In this document: positions 20,735 to 28,840 of the stretch, one piece after another
How the letters are laid out: every line of letters begins with the position of its first letter
Numbering within the stretch: position 1 is the stretch's first letter
From: an uncultured Methylophilaceae bacterium
Lineage (GTDB): Bacteria; Pseudomonadota; Gammaproteobacteria; Burkholderiales; Methylophilaceae
NCBI GenBank assembly: GCA_964484985.1
Contig: CAZAHP010000001.1
Span: 1 to 38,830 of the forward strand
Direction: 5' to 3'
Length of the DNA: 38,830 nucleotides
Notes under the pieces: model-generated
Databases searched by the model: none
The model's input: the letters and a program-made list of their open reading frames with translations, nothing else
What the model was told of the DNA's origin: nothing
Translations under genes and position numbers: made by a program

Positions 20735-21325
20735 TTAGCTAATTAAACGTGCTGTGCCTTCGTTGATTGATCCAATTAAATAGCCGCGCTGAAACACATA
20801 ATTGTCATTGAATATGATCCGCTTACCTTCTTTTCTGGATACTCTAAATTGATTGCTTGAGTATCCATTTTTGAAAGTGACTGGTTGCTCAAATTCAATA
20901 AGACTGCCAACGGTTAACGAGGCTATGAATTTGCTAGCGTTCTTTTTACTTTGGAGCCTTTGATGACAACGTTCGCGCCACTCATTGGCATACTCATGAA
21001 CAGTAGGCGTTAGCTTATTTAAAATGCGTAGTGGGCAATTGTAAGCACATGGACCACAACTTTCATCCATATCCTTATAGCAAATGTTGTTGCGGCTATC
21101 TTTGTGTAAAGTCACCAAAGTAATTGACGCAAATACCCTACGCTCACCCGTTTGTTTGTTGATGCATTCAACAGCTGCATAGAATTCACTGAAATTAACG
21201 AAAGCACTATCTAATACTTTATACGTATTAGGACTTTCATCACTCCAAGTAAATACGCCGCTACTTAAAAGAAAATCCGACACCGATTGTTCTTTCTGCT
21301 TATAGGTACAAGTCCATCCCATCAT
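20735..21325 (-). CDS. hypothetical Cys-containing protein
   Basis: True start MMGWTCTYKQ at 21325 behind AAGGAG. The 36 N-terminal residues in the ORF track are read-through of repeat C. Confidence 0.7.
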   Translation of the reverse strand: MMGWTCTYKQKEQSVSDFLLSSGVFTWSDESPNTYKVLDSAFVNFSEFYAAVECINKQTGERRVFASITLVTLHKDSRNNICYKDMDESCGPCAYNCPLRILNKLTPTVHEYANEWRERCHQRLQSKKNASKFIASLTVGSLIEFEQPVTFKNGYSSNQFRVSRKEGKRIIFNDNYVFQRGYLIGSINEGTARLIS

Positions 21326-21328
21326 GCT

Positions 21329-21567
21329 CTCCTTAAAATGAAAAAAGGGAGCACGACCCCGAATGGGCAGTGAACTCCCCATTGGGTTAAAACAAACTTC
21401 ATGTAATCCTGGTCTTGCGACCGTTGTTTTCAAGGACTGAACAACTTTAAAAGCAACACTTACGGTGTTAATCGAGCTTTAACTGAAAGCTAACAGTGAG
21501 ACACTCATAAGTACCAGGTACTTTTCTCAAATACACGCTTGGCCATGTGTTTGAGAAAAGCCCCTGA
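21329..21567 (-). ncRNA. long structured leader element C (short module plus hairpins P4-P1 plus overlapping hairpins T3/T2/T1)
   Basis: 21320-21505 is identical over 186 bp to 24961-25146. Hairpins GGUC-GCAA-GACC, GUUGUU/AACAAC, AACAC/GUGUU, AGCUUU/AAAGCU. Confidence 0.75.
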
Positions 21568-21586
21568 AGGCTTTTCTTATTCTACA

Positions 21587-22243
21587 TCAACTACATTTTG
21601 TTACCACTACATCTTGAATACTACCGATTTCGTCATCCAACTTCCAACTGGATGCAATAAAATCATCTGACTTAACCATTAGCAAAGCATGCTCTCGTGC
21701 GCTTTCTTCACTGCCTGCTTTAATAAGCAGCTCACATGACTCTGAAGCTAAGCGCATTACCAGCACTTTGTAGTTGCCTACGTCATTTGGTATTGCAAAG
21801 CCATTATTTCCATAAGTAGCTTTTGTTGGCCACTCATAGACTAACTCGTAATTAAGTATGACAAAATCATCTGCATTAGCAGGTAACGTTAATGCCTGCA
21901 GCTCACCTTCGCCTGCACTTGCATAATAATAAATGCTGTCATCATTAACGCCATAACCATCATGTTGATTGTGTTCGGTAAACGTTCCAAATGAAATGTA
22001 CACATCACTTACAGTGCCCTCATCCAACAATTGAATCCGACACTCTGCACCTATAGGTTCTTGGCTTTGTGTATAGAGTGTATCTTTACCCACAAAATCA
22101 TCCATCTCCCATTTTCCTTGAAATAGTGGGTCATCAAAGACTTCTCGTGCTAACTTTAAGGACTCTTCCATATTAATAGCATCTATGCTGATAGTGCATG
22201 ACTCAGTTAAAGCATGTGTAGCTGTTACTAAAAACTTACTCAT
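21587..22243 (-). CDS. acidic hypothetical protein with N- and C-terminal copies of an ESC..I.A...EES...A motif region
   Basis: 218 aa. Compare LTESCTISIDAINMEESLKLAREVFDDPLFQGKWEMDDFVG with ASESCELLIKAGSEESAREHALLMVKSDDFIASSWKLDDEIG. Confidence 0.7.
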   Translation of the reverse strand: MSKFLVTATHALTESCTISIDAINMEESLKLAREVFDDPLFQGKWEMDDFVGKDTLYTQSQEPIGAECRIQLLDEGTVSDVYISFGTFTEHNQHDGYGVNDDSIYYYASAGEGELQALTLPANADDFVILNYELVYEWPTKATYGNNGFAIPNDVGNYKVLVMRLASESCELLIKAGSEESAREHALLMVKSDDFIASSWKLDDEIGSIQDVVVTKCS

Positions 22244-22249
22244 TTTATT

Positions 22250-22307
22250 CTCCTGAAAATATCAAGAGAAACCCCGCCTCGCGGTGGGGTTCCGCTTGAC
22301 GGGTTAA
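22250..22307 (-). promoter_or_regulatory. short leader module D (variant with GCGA-tetraloop hairpin)
   Basis: UUUUAACCCGUCAAGCGGAACCCCACCGCGAGGCGGGGUUUCUCUUGAUAUUUUCAGGAGAAUAAAAUG. Confidence 0.7.
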
Positions 22308-22320
22308 AATATATATACGT

Positions 22321-23418
22321 CTATCGAATACTTACAATCTGGCCGTAACCTTCGCCTGGCGTGAAATCTATTCCAGTAATGGCTGGTATAAATTTGTCAG
22401 TAAAAGTTCTGGTTTCTGAAACTACTCCATTGTCACTTGTTTCGTGTGTCACAACCAGATCACGTTGCTTAAAGGTATCCCCTTTAATTAACAGCCTTCT
22501 ACCTGATTCAGACTCTACTACACCTGAGATCTGGCCAGCTGCAAGCGCTAAGGCTAAATGCCAGTTGGACAAAGCACGTAATGGTTGCCTAGGCTTGTCT
22601 TCAGCTACCGTAAACATCGTGTTAAATTGTGACCAAAGCGTATTTTTGCTTAACCTATTCAGTTCAGACTCTAATTGTCGGCCATCAATACGAATGGCTG
22701 TGAATTTAAGGTCTGCCTCCCGTATTTCTGGGACTAAATAGGGTTCTGCTTGCCAAAATTCTGGCAACACTGGGGCTTCACCAGTACCGCATAGCTCAAG
22801 AAGTTTTTGTGTTTCCACATCAACCATTTCAGCACGACGCTTCACACCAAAGATCACACACTGCTTAAATTGCTTTTCAGGTGACATAAACACTTTCACT
22901 TGCGAAAAATTGCGAGCGATCATGCTGGAATACTCTTTATCCAGTACATAGTACGGAACAATGAGCACCATCACGCCACCAAACTGCAACCAAGGCATTG
23001 TCTTACGGTAAAACTGCTTTTCAAGTCGATCACCCACTGTTTTACTGCCACAAGTGGCAGCTTTGTCAGAAACAACATCGCCGTATGGTGGGTTTAGGAA
23101 CAATAAACTTTGGCTACGCGCAGTAATAAAAACATCGTTAATATCACAGTGTGCAACCTTATCAAGCAGTGTCTTGGAATGCCAGGCACGCTCTTCATCG
23201 TACTCAACTCCCAATGCACTTACAGTAGATCCGCATTCAGTAAGATGATGCTTTATCTCAGCCAAAGCGGTTCCCTCTCCACAACAAGGATCCAGTATGC
23301 TTAGATTTGAACCACTAATATCCAAAGCATTGATTATTCTGGCCAACGTCATTTCATCCGTTGGGTAATACCCGTTTTTCAAAAAATTATGCGCTAAGCG
23401 CGAAAACATTAAAGCCAT
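22321..23418 (-). CDS. orphan N6-adenine DNA methyltransferase (motif I then NPPY; possibly DUF6094-type)
   Basis: ILDPCCGEGTAL (SAM motif I) and FLNPPYG (motif IV). No adjacent endonuclease-like ORF. Confidence 0.85.
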   Translation of the reverse strand: MALMFSRLAHNFLKNGYYPTDEMTLARIINALDISGSNLSILDPCCGEGTALAEIKHHLTECGSTVSALGVEYDEERAWHSKTLLDKVAHCDINDVFITARSQSLLFLNPPYGDVVSDKAATCGSKTVGDRLEKQFYRKTMPWLQFGGVMVLIVPYYVLDKEYSSMIARNFSQVKVFMSPEKQFKQCVIFGVKRRAEMVDVETQKLLELCGTGEAPVLPEFWQAEPYLVPEIREADLKFTAIRIDGRQLESELNRLSKNTLWSQFNTMFTVAEDKPRQPLRALSNWHLALALAAGQISGVVESESGRRLLIKGDTFKQRDLVVTHETSDNGVVSETRTFTDKFIPAITGIDFTPGEGYGQIVSIR

Positions 23419-23424
23419 GATGTA

Positions 23425-23480
23425 CTCCTAAAAAATAGAGACACCATGCCCTTGTGGGGATGATGTCCCCACAGGGTTAA
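23425..23480 (-). promoter_or_regulatory. short leader module E
   Basis: UUAACCCUGUGGGGACAUCAUCCCCACAAGGGCAUGGUGUCUCUAUUUUUUAGGAGUACAUCAUG. The stem needs two G-U pairs on the minus strand. Confidence 0.75.
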
Positions 23481-23482
23481 AA

Positions 23483-23719
23483 TTAATACTGACCTAAATT
23501 ACATATCACGCCTTTAGAATAAGAATATGGTCCTATGCTGAGAGGCTGTATATGATGGCCACTACCTTTGAGTGATACACACAGCCGTCTAAATTGCTCG
23601 ACAGTGCATGGCTCAATCACAAATGCGGTTTTATCAAAATCTGTTTGCTCGACTGTTACATCAGAGCCACAAACTTTAACGGCCGCATGATTGACTTTCA
23701 TTAGATCTAGGTTAGTCAT
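23483..23719 (-). CDS. small hypothetical protein
   Basis: 78 aa; 8-nt overlap with the upstream gene (translational coupling). Confidence 0.6.
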   Translation of the reverse strand: MTNLDLMKVNHAAVKVCGSDVTVEQTDFDKTAFVIEPCTVEQFRRLCVSLKGSGHHIQPLSIGPYSYSKGVICNLGQY

Positions 23720-24194
23720 GTGTTACCTGGTGATGAGGATGATTTATAAGTTTCAACTGCTCAAATTCATCAAACTGCATGAACCAACTATCCAAACTAC
23801 AACCTGAGTACACATCTTGAGCTGCAATCGATAAACCGTCTGGAAAGATCCGTAGGTGTATTTCATTCACTCTGACTATCGGCATATCTGCTAAAAGCGT
23901 TTGACTGCGATTTTCGCCTATGCAATTTTGAGCAAACATCAGCTCTATATCACTTGGTATCTCATTGAAGTAATGGCAGTCTATTTGCTTACCATGGTGA
24001 CGAAGTGAGTTAACACCTGCCAAAATGGATATATCAAACAAACCGAGCTTGTCATGCAGCGCACTTGCTTCTTTTACAAATGGTAATAGATCCTGCAAAT
24101 CGAAGCTCAACACTAAATAGCGTGGAAGCGCGTCATTATTGGTGACTTTTGCATCGTAAAAAGTCTTGGTGACGATTTTGTAAATGCTAGTCAT
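23712..24194 (-). CDS. hypothetical protein
   Basis: 160 aa; 8-nt overlap with the upstream gene. Confidence 0.65.
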   Translation of the reverse strand: MTSIYKIVTKTFYDAKVTNNDALPRYLVLSFDLQDLLPFVKEASALHDKLGLFDISILAGVNSLRHHGKQIDCHYFNEIPSDIELMFAQNCIGENRSQTLLADMPIVRVNEIHLRIFPDGLSIAAQDVYSGCSLDSWFMQFDEFEQLKLINHPHHQVTHD

Positions 24195-24966
24195 GATTGA
24201 CCACCAACTTCAATAGTGTGGTGTTAGTTTCAACCTCACTATCATTAGCTGCTACGGGGTAATCATCTTCGTAGAAATCATCATTACTATGACCAAACTC
24301 ATCAATGCAAATTTGACGAAAATCACCGTCTTCATCATCAACCATGCCACCATTATTACAGTATGCCACGCCTGCAAAACCACCGCCTTCATCTGCATAA
24401 GCCATCCTGAAGCTTAATTCAGGAAACGCTGCGCTCATTGCTTCAAGTACTGGATAGGCTGGCGACCAGGCTGTTTCATAGTAACAACGGAAAACGGTGT
24501 CGGAACTATCATCAGCTAATGCGTGGTTGTATGCATCCCACTTAGTCCCCCAGTTCACTATGCTCCATTCATACCAAGTTTCGTACCCATATTTTGCAAT
24601 ATTGGTAACCACTTTATGACCTAACTCAACTGCTTCAGGTTTATGTTTTGCGAACCAAGCCAAAAACTTCGGCCGAGAATGATGTAGGGCATTGATATTA
24701 GTCTGTGAAAGCTGCTCTTCTTGCATCAGCTTAATAACCCAAGGGTAATTCAGCACCGTTTTAAAATCACCTGCGACCACTTCTTTACCTAAGCTTGATT
24801 CTGATCCGCATGTAATTTGGAGTTCTTCAGGCATTGGAATGACACGGTTAAATACTAAACAATGTTCTACTTCACCAATTTTTTCACAAAACTTGGCTTT
24901 GAACGCTGCAATGTCGGCTGCATTACCGTTTACTTCTAAATTAGTCCAAACGTGGTTAGGCATCAT
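24187..24966 (-). CDS. DUF1281-like (Api92-like ferredoxin-fold) protein with acidic C-terminus
   Basis: MMPNHVWTNLEV..., WYEWSIVNWGTKWDAYN, ETAWSPAYPV. True start at 24966; the ORF-track N-terminus is repeat read-through. Confidence 0.7.
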   Translation of the reverse strand: MMPNHVWTNLEVNGNAADIAAFKAKFCEKIGEVEHCLVFNRVIPMPEELQITCGSESSLGKEVVAGDFKTVLNYPWVIKLMQEEQLSQTNINALHHSRPKFLAWFAKHKPEAVELGHKVVTNIAKYGYETWYEWSIVNWGTKWDAYNHALADDSSDTVFRCYYETAWSPAYPVLEAMSAAFPELSFRMAYADEGGGFAGVAYCNNGGMVDDEDGDFRQICIDEFGHSNDDFYEDDYPVAANDSEVETNTTLLKLVVNHD

Positions 24967-24969
24967 GCT

Positions 24970-25218
24970 CTCCTTAAAATGAAAAAAGGGAGCACGACCC
25001 CGAATGGGCAGTGAACTCCCCATTGGGTTAAAACAAACTTCATGTAATCCTGGTCTTGCGACCGTTGTTTTCAAGGACTGAACAACTTTAAAAGCAACAC
25101 TTACGGTGTTAATCGAGCTTTAACTGAAAGCTAACAGTGAGACACTACTAAGTACCAGGTACTTTTCTTAAACACACGCATGACCATGTGCTTGAGAAAA
25201 GCCCCTGAAGGCTCTTCT
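24970..25218 (-). ncRNA. long structured leader element F
   Basis: 186-bp identity with element C, then diverged T3/T2/T1 hairpins with a G-U compensated T1. Confidence 0.75.
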
Positions 25219-25225
25219 TACTACT

Positions 25226-25543
25226 TTACTTGGTTAATGATAATGCCATTAAATATTTATGGCATTCCTGGCATCCACAAGGCTTAACATAGCCTGACTT
25301 AAATATTTCTAAGCATTGGCTTATATTGTCCTCATGAATACTGTGTGTTTCTGACTGCGTATTGATATATCCATATTTCAAATGCACCCAGTAACCATCA
25401 CCATCCTTACCTTGACTACGATAATCTTCAATTTCATTGATGTACATTGCATAGGGTTTTAGGCTTGTTGGTATTGTTACGTTCTTAGTCACTTTCAGCT
25501 CAACACGTAAGTTATAAGCTAGCATATCTACCGAATCACTCAT
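25226..25543 (-). CDS. small hypothetical protein
   Basis: 105 aa, ATGA overlap with the upstream gene, CGCQEC near the C-terminus. Confidence 0.6.
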   Translation of the reverse strand: MSDSVDMLAYNLRVELKVTKNVTIPTSLKPYAMYINEIEDYRSQGKDGDGYWVHLKYGYINTQSETHSIHEDNISQCLEIFKSGYVKPCGCQECHKYLMALSLTK

Positions 25544-26718
25544 GCTGCAGCCCTTCCGTATCTTTGCTCAATAAGTTGCTTAATTTCGCTCAGTGGTTTT
25601 GGCTCAAAATACAGATCCAATTCAACATGTAATGGCACTTGTACGGCGGTCTTACTGCTACCCTCATATAAATCACCTTTGACATGAATCTGTGTACCCA
25701 CTAACTCACTAATTGAAATATAGCCCAGCTCAGCACACATTAAATCGCCATTGAGTATTGCGTAGCCAAATGCTTGCGACACGCCATCCTCAATATCTTT
25801 TTCAATAATGTACCAATCTGAATCACCTAAAAAGTAATGCAAACTCACCACTGGATCGTTTTCATCTTCACAGTCGTAAGTTTTAGGCATGCTGCCAATT
25901 CTATAAGCCATTTCTTTGAATTTTTCCTCAAAGAAACTACCCTCTTCACCTTTGCAACATTCCAGCATCGATAAATACTGTTGAGTAGATAAATAAGGCC
26001 TTAACGTAGCTTTTGCCTGCTTGCTGATGTACTGTGAATCTGATGTTGGTTGTTTACTCACGATACTATTGTGATTAACCAGACTTGCATCAAACTGTTG
26101 GCCATCAATACCGATCAATCCTGACTTCACCATGCTAGATATGATCTGGGTAAACTCTGCATCGATCACCAACTTGGCCGCGCTAATTTTACCTATTGGT
26201 GGGTAGTTGATCGTGTTCATCCAAGTGACGCAAATTTCATTATTGGAATGCATGATTGCAGACTGCCAATCATCCAACAATGGAACTGGGGAAAGATTCT
26301 TGTAAAGCCCCCATACGCCTCTTAAAAGCTGTTCACGTACACCTACATCACCCCAAGGTTGATTAAGCACCACCCAGCCTGCTTTTGTGGCTTTGCTAGG
26401 ACTAATCAGTACAGGATCGTAAATCCAAAGATGCGTTAGATTGCCAAATAGATTATCTTTAGGAAACCGACCACTATAGACCTCAAAACGATCTGGATTA
26501 CCAACTTGTACACTATGCGGCGTTTCTTTTTTATCGTTACAATTGCGTAATGAAAAATTAGAAATGCCGCCACTATTGGGTTTTAATTGCATGGAAGCTT
26601 TGAACTGCTGAATTGCAGTATCTCGGCCATAAACGGATAGAAACATTAACTCACCTGATTCATTCCGCAGACAAGCATCCACAAATAAATCAGCCAATTC
26701 AACGACTTTATAAAGCAT
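25540..26718 (-). CDS. protein with C-terminal DUF2958-like domain and unknown N-terminal 250 aa
   Basis: LHYFLGDSDWYIIEKD...AFGYAILNGDLMCAELGYISISEL matches the remembered DUF2958 pattern. Start at ATG 26718. Confidence 0.75.
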   Translation of the reverse strand: MLYKVVELADLFVDACLRNESGELMFLSVYGRDTAIQQFKASMQLKPNSGGISNFSLRNCNDKKETPHSVQVGNPDRFEVYSGRFPKDNLFGNLTHLWIYDPVLISPSKATKAGWVVLNQPWGDVGVREQLLRGVWGLYKNLSPVPLLDDWQSAIMHSNNEICVTWMNTINYPPIGKISAAKLVIDAEFTQIISSMVKSGLIGIDGQQFDASLVNHNSIVSKQPTSDSQYISKQAKATLRPYLSTQQYLSMLECCKGEEGSFFEEKFKEMAYRIGSMPKTYDCEDENDPVVSLHYFLGDSDWYIIEKDIEDGVSQAFGYAILNGDLMCAELGYISISELVGTQIHVKGDLYEGSSKTAVQVPLHVELDLYFEPKPLSEIKQLIEQRYGRAAA

Positions 26719-26725
26719 GGTATCG

Positions 26726-26780
26726 CTCCTAATAAAAAGGGATACCTGCCCTGATGGGGATGGTATCCCCAATGGGTTAA
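26726..26780 (-). promoter_or_regulatory. short leader module G
   Basis: UUAACCCAUUGGGGAUACCAUCCCCAUCAGGGCAGGUAUCCCUUUUUAUUAGGAGCGAUACCAUG. Confidence 0.75.
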
Positions 26781-26793
26781 AGTAATCTATTGA

Positions 26794-27204
26794 TTAACTA
26801 CGAAGCTTTTCAGCAATTTCAACTGCCACACCCCGCCAACCTTCTGGTGAGATGAGTCCATTTCGCATTGATTCCAATTCTTCAATTGGAGTATTGGCAA
26901 CCAAGTTTGCAAATTTGCTTACTGCATCCATAACGAACATTTGAGCCAATGCACCAAATTTGGAATACTCCATAATTCCTGTGATTTTCTCAATGTTTGT
27001 TGGGTTATTAGACGATGAGTAGCTGCTATGGCTACTTTCATTCATCAAAGCTTCGGTTAAACTACCATTTTCCGATTCGGCATCAGTTGCTGCCTGCGCA
27101 TCACTTGTTGTACAGCCAAAACTTTCTAATTGCTGTACGCGAAGTTGATATAGCTGCTGTTCATCCAACGCACCCAGTTTGATTTTAATTGATGTAATTC
27201 TCAT
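26794..27204 (-). CDS. acidic helical hypothetical protein
   Basis: 136 aa, SD GGAGAGC behind element H. Confidence 0.65.
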   Translation of the reverse strand: MRITSIKIKLGALDEQQLYQLRVQQLESFGCTTSDAQAATDAESENGSLTEALMNESSHSSYSSSNNPTNIEKITGIMEYSKFGALAQMFVMDAVSKFANLVANTPIEELESMRNGLISPEGWRGVAVEIAEKLRS

Positions 27205-27210
27205 AGCGCT

Positions 27211-27447
27211 CTCCTAAATATAAAAAGGGAGCACGACCCCGAATGGGCAGTGAACTCCCCATTGGGTTAATACAAACTTCATGTAATCCTGGTCTTGCGA
27301 CCGTTGTTTTCAAGGACTGAACAACTTTAAAAGCAACACTTACGGTGTTAATCGAGCTGTAACTGACAGCTAACAGTGAAACTGATTTTCTAAAAAATGC
27401 GTTGGCCACACTTTTTAGAAAACCCACTCATAGAGTGAGAGTTTTCT
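27211..27447 (-). ncRNA. long structured leader element H
   Basis: Same as C except for a compensatory P1 change (AGCUGU/ACAGCU) and different T2/T1 hairpins of the same layout. Confidence 0.75.
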
Positions 27448-27452
27448 TGATT

Positions 27453-27743
27453 CTATTTCAACATACCACTGCCATGACAAGCATCACATACTTCATCATC
27501 AGGCATCACTTCATCTGGGTAATAGTGGCCAGGAACATAAACGTTCATAAATCCACAACCTGAGCATTTATTACACACTGATTGATGACTGTACAACTCA
27601 ACACTGATGGTTCTATTGGGATGTTCGGTTTTTTTACTTTTTTGCGTCATACACTTTGCATGTGATTGCGGTGTAGCTGTTAAATAGGATTTAATACCTG
27701 ACTTAACGTTAACCGCAACTAGGTGATAGAGAGATTCAATCAT
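27453..27743 (-). CDS. small protein with DnaJ-type CxxCxGxG zinc-finger motifs
   Basis: CNKCSGCGF and CDACHGSG; 8-nt overlap with the upstream gene. Confidence 0.65.
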   Translation of the reverse strand: MIESLYHLVAVNVKSGIKSYLTATPQSHAKCMTQKSKKTEHPNRTISVELYSHQSVCNKCSGCGFMNVYVPGHYYPDEVMPDDEVCDACHGSGMLK

Positions 27744-28341
27744 GATTCACAGCCTTTCTAGCCCAAGACTGTGTAATTGCATCAAACAGATAACCATGCT
27801 CTTTTAATACATCACGCTGCTGACGGAATAAAGCCCTATCTACCGTTGGATCAAGTTTTACTGGTATGTGATTAGCTATTTGATAAATTAACTCAACACC
27901 AACAATAGGCACTAAGTTTTCATAATCTTTAACAGCGTCATTAGTCAGTTTGTATGAATCTGCGACTACCGTTTTAGACTCTGTAGTATTTTCAGACTCT
28001 ACGTTAGTGCTAGGCTGGACTGTAGATTGTGCAGCTGCAGCTTCGTTAACTGGATCAGGTTCAGGTACCGTAATATCTACTTCACCTTCGTCTGCAGTAT
28101 CAAGCCTAATGTCTGTCACTTTAGCTCTAATATCAGTCGTTGATTTTCCACGCCAAACATAAGAGCTTAAATAGAAGCTTTCTATAACAAACTCACCTTC
28201 ATAGCGCCCCTCCTCGAATTGATCAAGAATGGATTCTTTGACTTTGAATTCACCTATTGAAGTGCTTAAATCTCCAGTACAAAACTTGCCATTTGCCCCA
28301 GAAATTTGTTTTACTGTTAATACTCCGTTAATTGTAATCAT
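27736..28341 (-). CDS. DUF3275-like ICE protein
   Basis: MITINGVLTVKQISGANGKFCTGDLSTSIGEFKVKE...EGRYEGEFVI resembles remembered DUF3275 N-termini. Start at ATG 28341. Confidence 0.7.
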   Translation of the reverse strand: MITINGVLTVKQISGANGKFCTGDLSTSIGEFKVKESILDQFEEGRYEGEFVIESFYLSSYVWRGKSTTDIRAKVTDIRLDTADEGEVDITVPEPDPVNEAAAAQSTVQPSTNVESENTTESKTVVADSYKLTNDAVKDYENLVPIVGVELIYQIANHIPVKLDPTVDRALFRQQRDVLKEHGYLFDAITQSWARKAVNHD

Positions 28342-28347
28342 ATTGCT

Positions 28348-28404
28348 CTCCATAAAATAAAAAAGGGAGCAATCCCATAAGGGCTTGGCTTCCCCTTTGG
28401 GTTA
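28348..28404 (-). promoter_or_regulatory. short leader module I
   Basis: AUAACCCAAAGGGGAAGCCAAGCCCUUAUGGGAUUGCUCCCUUUUUUAUUUUAUGGAGAGCAAUAUG. Confidence 0.75.
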
Positions 28405-28440
28405 TGTAAAAATGTAAACTTCAAACAAAGGATAAGTCCC

Positions 28441-28644
28441 ATGTTGAAGTCAGGAAATACCATCAGATTAAACAATGCAGATATTGATAGAATTGCAGGA
28501 CTTGCTGGTGCCAGTCCTCAAGGCATAAATACCGCACAAGGTTTAAATAATTTTATAAGTTTTCACTTAACTCAGTATTCTAATAAAACGCCAGAAGAAA
28601 AACTTCTAGCGTTATTATTAGAATCTGAAAAAGTAGCTATCTAA
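28441..28644 (+). CDS. possible small plus-strand ORF (only plus-strand candidate in the island)
   Basis: 67 aa, AAGGA 8 nt upstream, converges on and overlaps 28637..28834 by 8 nt. Could equally be non-coding. Confidence 0.3.
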   Translation: MLKSGNTIRLNNADIDRIAGLAGASPQGINTAQGLNNFISFHLTQYSNKTPEEKLLALLLESEKVAI

Positions 28645-28834
28645 TTACGTCAGTGCCTAATGTTGTCATCGCCTGACAATAAACATCCCAAAGCCCTTGC
28701 CTAAGTTCTGGGTCTGCATTTAACTTATCTACTAATCGTTTTGCACCCTCTTTAGTAGATGCCAAATCTAGCAAATATGAATGTTGTTTTTTCTGCCATT
28801 GCACATCAGAAATAAAAGTTTTTGGTGTAACCAT
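28637..28834 (-). CDS. small hypothetical protein
   Basis: 65 aa, canonical GGAGAGCAUCAUG start context behind element J. Confidence 0.55.
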   Translation of the reverse strand: MVTPKTFISDVQWQKKQHSYLLDLASTKEGAKRLVDKLNADPELRQGLWDVYCQAMTTLGTDVIR

Positions 28835-28840
28835 GATGCT

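Noticed and set aside
21322-21402. A 26-codon upstream ORF (MKFVLTQWGVHCPFGVVLPFFILRRA) in elements C/F whose stop overlaps the main ATG, as a candidate leader peptide.
   Set aside because: It has no SD. In H it stops earlier at the SD, in J it runs on into the gene, and in K the ATG is in a different frame relative to the hairpins. The peptide is therefore not conserved.
21326-21433. N-terminal extensions MKTTVARPGLHEVC(F/I)NPMGSSLPIRGRAPF... shared by track ORFs 20735..21433 and 24187..25074, and the whole ORF 27185..27427.
   Set aside because: They are read-through of the repeated leader elements C, F and H from a TTG inside hairpin P3. Each real gene has a conserved AAGGAG/GGAGAGC SD and ATG immediately downstream of the module, and the protein sequences are unrelated after the repeat.
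21329-21567. The long elements as F-plasmid Frpo-type single-strand promoters.
   Set aside because: Frpo forms one long imperfect hairpin that recreates -35/-10 boxes. These elements fold into a string of short independent hairpins, with no long-range arm complementarity that I could find. A different ssDNA role is not excluded.
17682-23418. SNF2 helicase plus adenine methyltransferase as a DISARM/BREX-like or R-M defence system.
   Set aside because: No DUF1998, PLD nuclease, PglZ/BrxC, restriction endonuclease or specificity subunit is recognisable. The two genes are separated by three unrelated small cassettes and sit in a conserved ICE backbone context.
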